NCBI GenBank assembly: GCA_024137785.1
Contig: JAHRHZ010000084.1
Span: 1 to 64,000, forward strand
Source: Ginglymostoma cirratum
Lineage: Eukaryota
Length of the DNA stretch: 64,000 nt
Direction of reading: 5' to 3'
Part shown: positions 22,640 through 36,300 of the stretch, piece after piece
How the letters are laid out: each line of letters starts with the position of its first letter
Position numbering within the stretch: position 1 is the stretch's first letter
Program-made: the position numbers and the translations under genes
The notes under the pieces: generated by a model
Database searches by the model: none
What the model saw: the letters and a program-made list of their open reading frames with translations, nothing else
What the model was told of the DNA's origin: nothing

Positions 22640-24560
22640 GCTGCCAGCGGTGAGAGCGGGGGTAGGCAGCCCTGGAGGCCTGTGGCGAGTCCTGAGGCGG
22701 TGAAAGTGGGATGAGGCAGCCCCGGGGGCCTGTGGTGAGACCTGAGGCGGTGACAGTAGGAACAGACAGACTGAGGTGATGATGGAAGAGGGGCAGGCAG
22801 TCGGCCATAATGCCCCCCTCCACGGCCCGCTGCCTGGGCCTGTTAATGACCAGTGTGGCCAGGCCCAGGAGCAGACCCATGAGGGGATCCTCTGACCTGC
22901 CCCACCCAACTCTGTACAGAAAGAGCGTGGGGCTGAAGTGCAGCCAGAAACACAAAAGGAGGTCTTTAAGACAACTGAAAAGGTAGTGCAAACACCCACA
23001 CCCAATATCCACATGGTCCACGGACCCCACAGCGCCAGAAAACAGACAGTTGGGTTGGGAGTCCGTGAACCACCGCAATCTGCAGTTCCATGGGACTGCT
23101 GTGTGCAACACCCTCCCCCCCAAAGGATCCCCAAGGGAAAGGGGGAGGGATCCCGCGATAGGGTTAGGGTTAGAGAGCCCGACACTGGGGATCCCCGCTG
23201 CCCGGTGGTAAATGGGCACGACAAGGTGTGCCCTGGCGGTAGGTGAAAGAGCAGAGGTGGATGGTGTGCAGCAGCAGTCTGTACGGGGTCTGCCATTTCC
23301 TCCCTCTCCAATCCATACTACCTATGTTCTGGAGGCAGCTCAGGTTGTGGTGCATAGGATCCTGCGGGAGGTACGGGATCCCGGGACGATGTGAAATTCT
23401 GTCTGGGCAGGGGTACATGCAGACGGGATCCCACCGCACACCTGAACATCCTCCAGCTGGCGCACAATTTCGGGTCCGAGCGCCGCTGTTTTCAGGCATT
23501 GGATGGCAGTGGCTGTGAGCCCGATGGCTACTGCTGCCCTGAGTGCCAATCCCTGTGACAGCATCCAGCCCAGGCCCCCCACACCCCCAGCACATCCCTG
23601 ACACTGGTCACCCCCATAGCCACGGCCCTCCCCTCCACCAGCCACTCGAACCTGCGATCGTGGAGGCGTGGGTTCCTGAGCAGTGGCTCTCTTACGATGG
23701 CTGCCACTCCTGCCGGGGGATAGGTATGATTCGAGGCGACCATGTCCCAGACAGTGATCAGGTTCCTGGTAAAAGACAGACAGAGGTCTGAGGGTGACCT
23801 GCAAACCCTCACGGGCGTTAAACAGGGCTGCGGTTGTCGGAATTGAGATGACGGAACTGGTGGGAATAGTACACCACCAGGGGGCAGCACCGAGGAGATG
23901 GCTCAACGTAAAGGGATCGCTGCAAGGTCTGAAGGTGTCACCACCTGGGTGCGAGCACACAACAGTGACTGACGGCTTCCCACCACCCCAATAGGGAGAT
24001 TCAGAACCTGTGCCATGACCCAGTGTGGCTTTTTGCCCCAGGAGAAGTGAACCAACGTTCTCTGGATGTCAGCGACAAAACCAGGAGGAGGGAAGCAGCA
24101 GTTCCCACAACATGGAGCCACCAGCTGGTTTATGAGCGGCACTCGGCTCCTGTAAGACAGCACGCGGAGCATGCCTGTCCAGCAGCTTAGGCAAGCCGAG
24201 ACTTTGGCCTCCAGCTCCTGCCAATTCGCACCCCGCCAGGATAACTCAGCCGGGCTCAGGTGGAGCCCCAGATAGAGGAAATGGGTGGGTGCTCCAGCTG
24301 AACACCCTCAACTCCTCTGGCAGAGAATCCATCCGCCACGGAGCGACCAGGAGTCCGGAACATTTGGCCCAGTTGATCTGGAGAAAGATGCCACTGAGTA
24401 CATCTCCTGGAACTCACACTTCCTCGCCGGGTCAGCCTTTTCAGTAAAACTGAGAATCACGTTGTCAGTGTAAGCCGAAAGGACCATGCCTGTACCCCAC
24501 CCACACAGCACCAGCCCCGATAACCTCCTCCACAAGAGGCACAGGAAAGTCTCTACACAA
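22640..24560 (-). mobile_element. Tx1/L1-clade LINE ORF2 fragment (degenerate)
   Basis: GC-rich block reading VLSAYTDNV (YADD-like), LRVLSYRSRVPLINQLVA and ...VDHVDIGC...LKDLLLCFWLHFSPTL...LLLGLA...ADCLPLF, consistent with a Tx1 C-terminal CCHC region. Confidence 0.85.
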
Positions 24561-25554
24561 AAGCAGTGTTTATATTGGTCAGCCAGGGCTCCCTGATTGG
24601 CCCAGGTTAACAACCGCAGTCAAGATCTCATCGCCAATAAGATTCACCTCGTTCCAATCACGACAGAAACAATCGATGAATTCTCCAGGCCACCTCAACT
24701 CTGACTTTCCTGTCAATAGACCTCGACCATGTTCCCACCTGAATATGACCCCTTTTCATTCTTCCTGACCTTTTTTCCAGGTTTTTAGAGGAATTACAAC
24801 AGAACTAAACTCCAGATATTCGATCCCAAGGAATTTATTTGATCCCTGCTTCCCTATTGTTTCTTATGTTTTGAGTTGAATTGTGTGACATGGAATGTTT
24901 TAAATTTCCACCTCGTTATGTCTGGAACTACCAAGGAATTTTTCTTATTTCTGCTATTTCTCGTAATCAAGTTGCTTCTAATGGTCAATATATTGGAAAC
25001 ACCACATGCGTTCCCGCATGTATATTTTAGGACCCTCGGCGGAAGGTCATAAGCACCTCATTCAAACACTGCACTGCCCCAACACTCTCAGATTGATATC
25101 CACTATTGGATGAGTTGAATCACATTTCTTCAGTCAAAATTTTTAGTCTCCGTCAATGATATTTCTTCATTATCAGAGAATCCATCCATTTCTTGAGATG
25201 ATGTTGCGTGGGTTGGAGAGTTTGAGCCATATGGAGATGCTGAATAGACTGGGGCTATTTGCTCTGCAGCGTCAGAGGCTTAGGGCTGACAGGGTAGGGT
25301 GGCCCAAAACTTGACAGCATAGGTTTAAGGTGAGACGGGAAACTTCTACGAGTGACTTAAGGGAAAACATCTTGATACAGAGAGTAATACGTCGATGGAC
25401 TGAGGTCCCAGAGGAGTTAATGGGGGATGGTCCAATTTCAAGATTTAAGAGGGATCTGGATAGGCACATGAACTGGAAGGGTTTAGAGGAATAGGTGTCA
25501 GATACTGACAAATGGGACCAGAATAATCCAGGATCTGGTCAGCATGAATGACAG

Positions 25555-25912
25555 AGGAGGCGATGACCTCGTGGTATTATCTCTGTACTGTTAATCCAGA
25601 AACCCAGATAATGTTCTGGGGACCCGGGTTTGAATTCTGCCATGGCAGATGGTGGCATTTGAATTCAATAAAATATATTGAATTAAGCATCTAATGATGA
25701 CCATGAATCCATTGTCAATTGTCGGAAAAACCCATCTGGTTCACTAATGTCCTTTAGGGAAGGAAACTGCCATCCTTACCTGGTCTGGCCTACATGTGAC
25801 TCCAGACCCACAGCAATGTGGTTGACTCTTAACTGCACTCTGGGCAATTAGGGATGGACAATAAATGCTGCCTAGCCAGCAATGCCCTCAGCCCATGAAT
25901 GAATAAAGAAAT
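25555..25912 (+). mobile_element. tRNA-derived SINE with LINE-like tail, nested in a CR1 3' fragment (about 25265-25965)
   Basis: Box A/B-like head (GTGGTATTATC...GGGTTTGAATTC) and tail GGGCAATTAGGGATGG.CAATAAATGC. Related copies at 1-115 and 30548-30890. Confidence 0.8.
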
Positions 25913-27659
25913 AAAGAAGTTGGACTACAGGGTCTGTATGCTTGCTGTACAACTCTACGAATCTGTAACAGGTTTCATACAATGTACTTAAAAGTCTGGC
26001 TGAGGGTGACCATCAAAGAAAAGAAGTTCTAACCAACGTCAGATGGCTAATGCTGTTCCAAGTTGAAAAGATAATAATTTGTATTCATATCGTACCTTTA
26101 ATATCTCAAGGATGGAATCAAGGAATATGTTGACTCAAACTTTCCATCAGCCCCATACCTCAGGTGCTTTTGAAAATGCAATTAATTACATATATCCAGT
26201 GTCTTGCCATTTTCCCAAGTTGTTAATTTGTTTGAAACCTTATTGCATTAACATCCATTGCAGCAGTGTGCACAGTTAAAAGGAGCATAGATCGAGAAGA
26301 TAGGGATAAACATTTCCCCTTCGTACAGGAATCAATAACAAGAGGCGCAGTTTTAACGTGAGGAGCAAATGGTTTCCAGGGGCTTGAGGAAATTCATTTC
26401 ACCCAAAGTGTTGTGGGTGTCTTGAACTCACTGTCTAAAAGAGCAATAGAGATGGGAAACCATAAGACATTTCAGAAAAATTTAGGTGAATACCTGAAAC
26501 CATGTATCATACAAGGCCACAGGCCAAGAGCTGGGAAATAGAATGGGAATAAATAGAAGATGGATGACCAGAATAGACACAATAGCCAATAGGCAGCATT
26601 TCCTTGCAGTTAAAAACCTCTTGTGACTCTGACTCTCACATCAGCATGTTTGTTGTTTATTGTTTCGGTTTGGGATTGTTAAGTCCACATCCACTGGGAA
26701 ATCAGCACATGATGGTTCATGTTACCATTCAAGGGCAGTTTCAAAAACAAACATCACACACAAATAAACATTCCAACATCCAACAGCTATGGCCCAGCGA
26801 TGGAAATAACAGATTTTCGATGTAGAGTGTAATTTATTTCATAATGTGATCAAAAATATAACAACGAGAAATGAGATTGACCAGGATATATATTAGCAAC
26901 AATTTTGACTGATGACTTCGTCAATTTTTTGACAATATTTCATTTCTGTAAACTAATAACTTAATCTTAAGAATGCTGAACCATAAAGAGAGGTATGTTA
27001 TATTTCCAGAATACAGGTCCCATGAATTCAAACCTACGCAGTACGTGGTGGTGCATCTCACTTTCAGTAAAAGTGTGGTAGAGTTAAAATGTTAAATAGG
27101 GAAGACATTTCACAATGTCTTGGCGCATTATTTGGAAGTTACAAGATTCAACCAATTTGCAGCAAAACCAGAAATAAATTGCAGATAGGCTAGATATGGT
27201 GAAACTGAATCTTTTGATGAGGACAGGAAGTATGATGGCGCAAATATAAAATTAGTGTTAGGTCATTCAGATCAAAATCAGTAACGGACACTTCACAAAT
27301 CGAGACAATGCTAACAATTCTCCGCTCCGAGGCAAAGAGATATGCACGCATTGCGCATGAGAGAAAGAAAATAAAATTGTTCTTCTCCAGAAACATGTGG
27401 GGAAATTGTGACGGGATACAACATTTATTTTGGAGGGTGTGCACTGAAAATAAGATAAATGGACACTGTTTTAAGGGGAAACAACATGCAAAGCGTTGTT
27501 TGCAGCTTGGAGAAAAGTACGTGTGAAGCGAATTAAAGCATATGAAACAATGTTACATGTTGGAGACATTGGGTCCGGACAATCTGGCACCATTTCTTCT
27601 GGGATCAGGACAGCTCAGTACAACAAGACCCCTCTGATTGACCCGGCTGCAGTTTGACA

Positions 27660-27888
27660 CAGAAACAAAAATAGAAGTTGCTGGAAAAGCTCCGCAGATC
27701 TGCCAGCATCGACAAAGAGAAATCAAAGTTAACGTTTCAGTCCCGGTGACTCTTCCTCAGTACAGTTCCTGGACCCGAAGCGTTATCTCTGATTTCTCTT
27801 CACAGATGCTGCCAGACCTGCTGAGCTTTTCCAGCAACTTCTGTTTTTGTTTCAGAGTGACAGCATCCGCAGTTCTTTCGGTTTTTAT
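27660..27888. mobile_element. Palindromic Penelope pLTR-derived element
   Basis: Left arm AACAAAAATAGAAGTTGCTGGAAAAGCTC is mirrored by right arm GAGCTTTTCCAGCAACTTCTGTTTTTGTT. Confidence 0.75.
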
Positions 27889-30800
27889 GCAGTTTGTCAC
27901 AGATGCTGTGGAGATGTGAAACAAAGGGAGTAGACCTCCTCAAGCTGTCTGCATCAGTCTCTCTCTCACGGGTTCTTTGGGGCAGGGAAGCTGGCTGTGT
28001 CTCGCCTGGGGCAGGATGTGTTGGAATGTTGGTGGTGATTTGGGGTGTTCAGTTTCTGGGTCAGAATTAAAACAGATTTTGATTTCTCCAACTGTTCATG
28101 ATTAAATAATAAATAAGTAATTGGTGATTCTTTTCACCAAAAGGACAGACAGACTGATGTAACATCGACATCAATCACAAAGGAGATAATTGGGAAATTG
28201 CTTAGTATTTGGACAAATAAATTGGTTCCTACAGTTGTGCAAATTAAATGACTGTGGGTCAGATCGCAGCCTGTAATAAGGGGTCTTGAAGCTTTGATGT
28301 GACAGCACTGCTTACTTCCAAAGACATCCCCCAGCTAAGGAAACACAGGTCTCGTGAGTATAGAACCGAGTAATGCCGCCCCCCTACAACATCAACACCA
28401 TCAGCAAGGACAGCACCCTCAAAGTACTCGTTTCCATGCACTCGGACAAAGAAGGCCACTAATCCGATTGGGACAACGTAACGATCCGAGGACAAGCCAA
28501 CAATAGACACGCACAGTATTTCCTAGAGACCTGGAACTCCATCAACAAACATGTGGACATAGTCCCCCATATACCAACCACTCCGAAGCAGAACTGGAAA
28601 TGAGGCCAACCACCACATCAGACCGGACACACAGAAATAACAAGCGAGACGGGCCAACAATGCTTCATCAGAGGCGCACTGATGGTGTTATGAAATGTCT
28701 ACAAACCAACCTGCCAGCTCGACGAACAAATCAACAACCTCATACCTCAGTTTATTTTGTGAAACAGAGATTGAAGAAAATATAACATGACGACAATTTT
28801 AAGTTTAATTTGTGTGTGATTGATGAAAATATAACATGATAACAATTTCATGTTTGATTTGTGTATGACGTCAAGCAACATTTTAAATAGTATTCCAGTT
28901 ACTACCGAGAAGAGCTCAGGGAGTCATTATCTAAGAGAAGTTCTCAACAGGTTGACGAGAAGAAGGGAAAGCAGCTGGGGACTGCAGTACTGTAGAAAGC
29001 TGCACCAGGACAGAAACTGTAATGTGATGAAAGGAAAATCAAGGAAACTTCCACTGTCTCTCAGAGCTTATTGTGATTAGTCCATTTAGGCAAGAAATCT
29101 CCAAGCATCGAACAACAGAACTCAAAAACATTTTCCGAATCTGACTTCAAAACACGGCACCTTCATATCAGGAAGAGAAATCTTCAAACAACTGGCAGGT
29201 ATGTGGAGATAACAAATTGACTCCATTCTTTTGGGGTGGTCGAGAGTAACAAAGGCACCAGAGGGAAGCATAGCATTTGAGTGAGGAGTTATGTCGAAAG
29301 GTTGATGAGGAGCAGTGACAGGAGGTATATGGATGAGAGGGAAGATAGGTTGGATGGGGTCAGATGTCGAGGTCTGTGGTGGGAGTGCTAGATATCGGTA
29401 TGCAGTGCTTAGTTCCTTTGAGTGAGGATCAGTTTCCTAGAGCAGTCCAAGTTAAACAGATCTGGTAAGACAGAGCTGGCTGTTGGGGTGGGAGGAGGTC
29501 CGTTAAACAGGAGTCAAACTTTTCATTCGATAGAAGATGCTGTAAGTTTTATTCTGATCGTTTATTTTCCCTCACAACACACAGAAACATAAAATGTAGG
29601 AGCAGTAGTCGGCCATTCAGCTCTTTGAGCCCGGTCGATTCGATACAATTCTGGCTGATCATCCAATTCACAGCCCTGTTCCTGCTTTCTCCTTGTATCC
29701 GATGATCCGTTAAGAATGATATCTGCATGTTCCTTGAAGGTCTTCAATGTTTTAGTTTCAACAGTTTCCATGTAAATAACAAGTAACGTGTAAATAACAA
29801 ACAGAGATAATGCTCGAGAGCTTCAGCATGTTTGGCAGCACCTGTGCAAACACACACAAAAAAAAACATTTCCCGTACAGTACAACCCTTCTTCAGAGCT
29901 GCTAAGTTAACCGGAACCCTCTGAAGGTGCCGACTAGAATTCAGAGTGTGCTCCAGGCACCAGGTGACTTCCCACCAGAAAAGAAAATTCCCGGACAGTT
30001 AACACAATGTCAGCAAGTCACGACTTCCAGACATCCCAGTTGCACCTGGTCTCCAAGTATCTAGAGACTGGAAAAACTCAGCTTCATGCACATTCCCAAT
30101 TATTGTTATTGTATTAGTGAATGAATACACGGAACACGTGCTTGTTTACATTTTTTTTTCCTGTACTATTTATTACAACATATTTCATTGAGGCTCAAAC
30201 TAGACATTGACAAAAGGTGAATATGTTGCAAGAAGTATTTCTTAGATAGCAGAAAGCAACTTGTTTCTTCAAATATTCTGTACATAATGTTTTTTTTTCT
30301 ATATTGAAAGCTACGTTATGCGAGTCTAAATAGTTAACAAATACACCTCATGTTGGCATGCACGCCCCAGTTAAAGGCACTGCCTCAAGGTGAGCTGCCA
30401 TCTGTGGTGACTAACAGCAGGTTTTTGCTGACAAAATGTGCAAAGTGGAGCCATCTACATATCGGTTTAATGTGCAATGCGTACCTTCAGCTGAGCGAAC
30501 AGGCAAGTGGAAATATTGTAGAGCCAAGCTCGATACATGAAACGCAGGGAGGAGATGATATTATCATTGGACTGTCAATCCAGAGGCCCAGGTAATGTTC
30601 TGGGGACCTGAGTTTTAATCCCATGGTGGCAGGAGGTGGAATTTGAATTCAATGAAAAATCTGGAATTAATAACGTAATGATGACCATGAAACGATTGTA
30701 TAATTGTCAGGCAAAACCCAACTGGTTCACGGATGTCCTTTCGGGAACAAAACGGCCATCCTTACCTGGTCTGGCCCACATGTGACTTCAGACCGACCGG

Positions 30801-33257
30801 AATGAGGTTGACTCTTACCTGCCCTTTGGGCAATGAGGGATGGGCAACAAATGCTGGCTTAGCCAGTGAGGTCTTAATCCGATCAATTAATACAAAAACA
30901 AAAATCCTTCAAAATCATAATTGTTTGGTTTACTGATACTATTATTGAGCACCTGCGCTTTGGAATGTTTTAGAATTCAATTACATATTTTGTCATTGAA
31001 CTGCAGAGTTACTGGTTCTCTTTCCACTCCGGGACATATGTGAAATGATCTGAACACAATTGCAGCAGATCACGTTTCTGCAGTCAGTCTTCTCACATTT
31101 ATTGATTGATGGAAAACAATAAAGTACATACATGACAGGATGAGGAGACACCATCTTTTTAACAGCAGGGTCAAGTTATGATTCCAATTTCATGGCTTAA
31201 AATTTCAAAACAAATTTCAACAGTTTCTAGAAAAGCCAAGTATTGCGACAACACAGCAACAACTGAAAGACCACACATCACAAACATAATGCTGAAGACA
31301 GGTTAATTCAGTCCACATCATCTCCAAGAATAAAGCATTTCTTAACTGATAAAACACAGCTCACATATATCGATGCTCGGCTGGAGAATTTAAGTTTGAA
31401 TTCTCTCCAAGACTACCTTGGCTGTGACTTAATGACATACTTGGCAGTTGTTCTGCTGAATATGGTTAAATACAATTCATGATTGCTTTTTTATTTTACC
31501 TGACGTGTGCATAGCTGGTCATCTCACTGATTGCTCACAGTTAGTTGTCCTTCAGAAACAGCTGGTGAGCCATCTTCTGGAACTGGTGCAATCAGTGTGC
31601 TCCAGTTGTATCCAATACGCTGCTAAGATGAAGATAGGTAATTTGGAAGCAGGAAAATCTCAGATGATTACAATTCTAAGGTGGGTGATCCATATCATGA
31701 CAGATGACTGCCTACCTTCTAACCAAGGGGTACAATTGCATAGTATTATGGAACATTTCCACTTACCATTACCGAGACGAATGCAGCTGCAATAGAACTC
31801 TGGAGAGTGGGATTGTCCAGGACAAAGCAGCACCCTTCACCTGAAAATACATTCTTTTAAAATAACATTTTATCTCATGGGCAATAATTACACTTCAGAA
31901 GGAAACAAACTGACTGAGGGGAGTGATTAACAGGGAATCAGAAAGACAGTCAATGAGTATGAATAACACATATCAACAGTAAACCTGTGATATGTTTAAA
32001 CTGAAAACTTTCATTTCACACTAAACATCCTTCTGAACATCTCTGTGAGAAAAGGATCGCAACAAATTGAAACAATCACTGATTTACAGTCTTATACATG
32101 TTCCAAGACCCTTGTAATGCCATGGAGTTGATGGATTCCAGAGACAGAAAATACTTAATGCGGTTTCCTCATGATGAGAGCATGTCTCGACAGAACTAAG
32201 GTGGAACATTGGAAAGAAGGTTGATGAACCTTATGATAAATGAATCATTCAATAGCCAGTTTGTATGTCACGTCAATTCAAGAGACAATGTTACAAAGTA
32301 CAAGAGTTCGAAATATACTTGAACACAATAAAGTAACGAAGCCAACAAGAAGATCAAGTCCTCTCTATCTTAAATTTGTAGAGACATTTAAAAAGTAATA
32401 AGAAAAGGGATTTCGGCAGGTTAATCTGATATCGCTGCTCAGTTCTTTAGGATATAGGAGTGAGAGGTTTATAACTGTGCCCCACATTCCTGCTTGCGTT
32501 CCAGGGTGTAGCAATAGTTTCGCCTCCACGTCCTTCAAATTGCTGCACTTACAGTGGGTTGCTTCTTTCCAGCATTTCATTTTAAAAAGTTAACAACGCT
32601 GAAAACCAAAAGCACTTGGCTCTGTCTGCCGAACAAGGAGCCAACAAATCAAATCATACCATCGAGGATTGAGTGTGAAGCATTGCAGATTACAGCGCTC
32701 CACGTGCACATCCAAGCAAAAACAACTTGTAAAAGGGACAAAGGTGTCTGTCACTGATATCTGTTCAGGCAACGGGTTCTTGATAGATATCACACTCTGG
32801 GATAAACTGTTTCATCATCTCCTCGTCAAGCTTTTCCATCAATGTCTTTAAACCTATAATCCCTGCATCGCTGACCTCAACATAATGGTTACTGACCTTT
32901 TCCCCATCAACGACGTCTCTGCCCATCTCCGCTTAGTGCATCCCAATTAAATTATCCCTCAGCTCGTTTTGTTTCAAGGGCAAAATATTCATCCCATCCA
33001 ATCAAGTCCCAACAACAAGTCCCTAAAAACCTTTTGTACCGTCTCTAGTGTCGTCATTTTTGTGGCAGTTTGCGGTTGCAAAAACCAGCAGATCTTATTT
33101 GAAAAGGCATGCATTTTTATCAGTCAAAAATTAGTCATGTCCTCATTGACCCACGTCTCCGTCTGCGATTAAATTGGAGACGGAGACAAAAGTTTAAGAA
33201 TCATTTGTCTATCCTCTTCTCAATCACAACTAATGGTCTCAGATTTTCGCTGCCAAT

Positions 33258-33312
33258 ATGTCTACGCGTCTTTCACTATGGGATGTCTGTCTGCTGTGCA
33301 TCTTGTGTGCAG
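33258..33312 (+). CDS. Gene B leader exon (MSTRLSLWDVCLLCILCA)
   Basis: 55 nt, phase-1 donor G|GTACAC. Same length and same Trp8 as the gene D leader. Confidence 0.72.
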
Positions 33313-36300
33313 GTACACATTTCTCGTCTGTGCATTCACCGATCATAAGCAAGACATAACGTGAACTTACAGCTAGATATCTTTAAAAAATTGGTATTTT
33401 TTATTCTTGTATTTTTTCAAGTCAGTTATTCCCAGATCTCATTTGTCACTTGGTCCATCAGAAAAAAAAAAGTAACATTCAATGAGGACAATAGTTTAAA
33501 AATGTGAGAATTAGTCAAAGAGTAAAATGTGGTAAATTACTGTTGCGACAACAGCCTGGAATAATGATGCTATTTCGGTGGTGCAGACTGTCCTTCTTGT
33601 TTAATCTCAGTGTGTTTCCTTGGTTGACAGTTGCTGTGGGAAATTCAGCCAAAGTGAATCCGGAGCTTACACGAAAAACGGTGCAGAGAGGTTCATCAGT
33701 TCTTATGCTATGTCCTTTCTCCTACAAAATCGACTATTCAAATGCTGTTGCCCACTGGTGGAGAGAAGATAATAAAACCTTTCTGCGGGAGGATAGCAAA
33801 AAGATTTTCCATGTAAATAGAGGAGAAGCTTCCCTTAACCTCCTGAATGTGACTGTCCGGGACGCTGGAACATATCACTGTGCAGCCACGTATCAGAAAC
33901 AAAAGGTTGGGAAAGCTGCTTTGCAACTTAGTGTATATGGTAAGTGTCACCGCAGATAAACATGAAGTCTGAGCAGCTTAAAAACAATCAGCAGCAGTAA
34001 ACAAATTAATTTATTAGATACAGACATATCGTGTAACATATTTGCACTTATTTAAAATGAAATGCGTTCAAGTATATGGAGACCTTGGAGAACCAGTACA
34101 GCCTCAAAGTTTGAGATCTACTCTGTATTAAAAATGAATCACTTTGGGACGTGGGCATCACTGGCTGGCCAGCATCTATTGCCTGTTCCTAGTTGCCCTT
34201 GCCAAGGGAGTGGTGAGCTGCCTTCTTGAACCGCTGCAGTCCATGTGCTGTAAGTAGACTCACAATGCCATTTTAGAGGGAAATTACAGGATTTTGACGC
34301 AGTGACAATGAAGGAAGAGTGATATATTTCCAAGTCAGGATGGTGAGTGGCTTGGGAGAAACTTGCAGATGGTGGTGATCCGATATACTTGCTACCCTTG
34401 CCCTTGCCGATAATAGATTGTGGATTTGGCAGGTATTGTGTCAGAGTCTTTAGTGAATTTCTGCAGTGCGTCTTAAAGTTACACATTGCTGTTACTGAGT
34501 GTGTGTCGTGGAGTGACTGAATATGGTGCCAATCAAGTGGGCAGCTTTTTACTGGATGGTGTCAAACTTCTTGAGTTCTTTTGGACCTGCAGGCATGCAG
34601 GCAAATGGGGAACATTCCAACACACTCCTGACTTGTGCCTTGCAGAGGGTGGACATGCTTTGGGGAGTCAGCAGGTGTGTTACTCGCTGCAGCCTCTGAC
34701 CTACGGTTCTATTTATATGGCTCAGCCAGTCCTGTTTCTGCTCAATGGTAACCCCAAAATGTAGATAATGGGGAACTCACTAACGGTGATGCCACTAAAT
34801 GCTAAGGGGTGGATGGTGAGATTGTTTCTTATTGGAGAATGTGTTTGCCTGGCATTTGTGTGGCCTGCATGTTCTTGTCAACTTTTCAGCCTAAACCCAG
34901 ATGTTGTCCAGTTCTTGCTGCACGTGGTCATGGGTTGCTTCAGTTTTATGCATTGACGTTTTGTACGGAAATTGATTGCAAGATTTTAAAGGTTTTATTT
35001 TGTATTCGATTGTGGAATGACAGGATGCGCATCCTTGAAAATATCTGCAATATAATGCATTTTGAAATGTTCTTTACCTCACGAGATAAGCCAAATATCA
35101 GGGCCATCACTTGGACGGTTATTGTTAAATTCGTCGGATCCAGGTCCAATTCCTCATGCTGTTTGGAATAGAAAAGTGCTATATGATGATTCAATCATGT
35201 TTCTATTATGAAGTCTGGATACTCTTTCTTTCCAAATATGCAGGAGGTATGTTGAAAGGATTTGAGGTTTTTTGAAGTGATAAATGCAATTTCAATTTCG
35301 TGTACTATTCATAGCAACAATTAATGCAACTGTCATGCTGGAAATAAGTTGCTTTGGTCACCAAAAAGTACATTTTTTGCAGAAAATGCAAAATCAATTT
35401 ATGTCATTTGTGTTATTTACCATTCAGCTCCACCAGCTCCACTGAAAATTGTCTCCGTTCCATCCAAAGACCTTTTTTCTGCTTCTCTCAGACTCCACTG
35501 CAGGACATCTGACATTTTCCCAAAATACTTTAAACTTACTGGGTACAAAAATGGTGAAAACATTTTGACAGGCTTCGGGAATGAACAGCAGGCAGATCCT
35601 GAGGATCATTATGAAGTCGTCAGCACCTTGGAGTTGCAAGAGGCAGTTGAGAGCGGGACAGTTTATACCTGTCAAGTAAATCACGATTCAAGCTCATTTC
35701 CAGCAAATGCCAGCGACACTGTAACCAATAAAGGTAACATTTCATCATATGTGGTACATTGAATGCTGCCATATCATTCAAAATGGATAAATAAGTATAC
35801 AGTGGTGATGTCAGTAATTTGAGTTTGAGTCAGTCAAAGTCAAAATTTGATTGGATTGGATAGATTCAGGTTTTCTTTCTTTGCGTAGTTTGACACTGAC
35901 ATATAATTATCACAAGTGACTTTAGCAAAAACTAGATATGAATCTTCAGCATAAGTCAAAAAATTACTTTCATGCATAGATTAACGACTCACAAAGAGCG
36001 ACAAGGTCAAAGTTAATTCTTGAGAAAGGGTGAACAGTATCGAATTTGGTCAGGCCACGTTTGGAGTACTGCATGCAGTTCTGGTCACTCTTTTATACAA
36101 CTGATATTATTAAAATGGAAAGAGTGCAGATAAAATTTCCTGGGATGCTACATGGATTGGAAGAGTTACAAGGAGAGGCTGGATAGGCTGGGACTTTTAC
36201 CCCGGAGCATCGGAAAGGGTGACCATATAAAGGTCTGTAAAATCATGAGAGGCAGTGTTAAGTCGATAACCAACAGCTTTTCCCCATGGTAGGGTAATCT

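Noticed and set aside
22421-23960. Long overlapping ORFs (up to 296 aa) on both strands
   Set aside because: These are GC-rich, frameshifted Tx1 LINE sequence and its shadow frames, not host genes.
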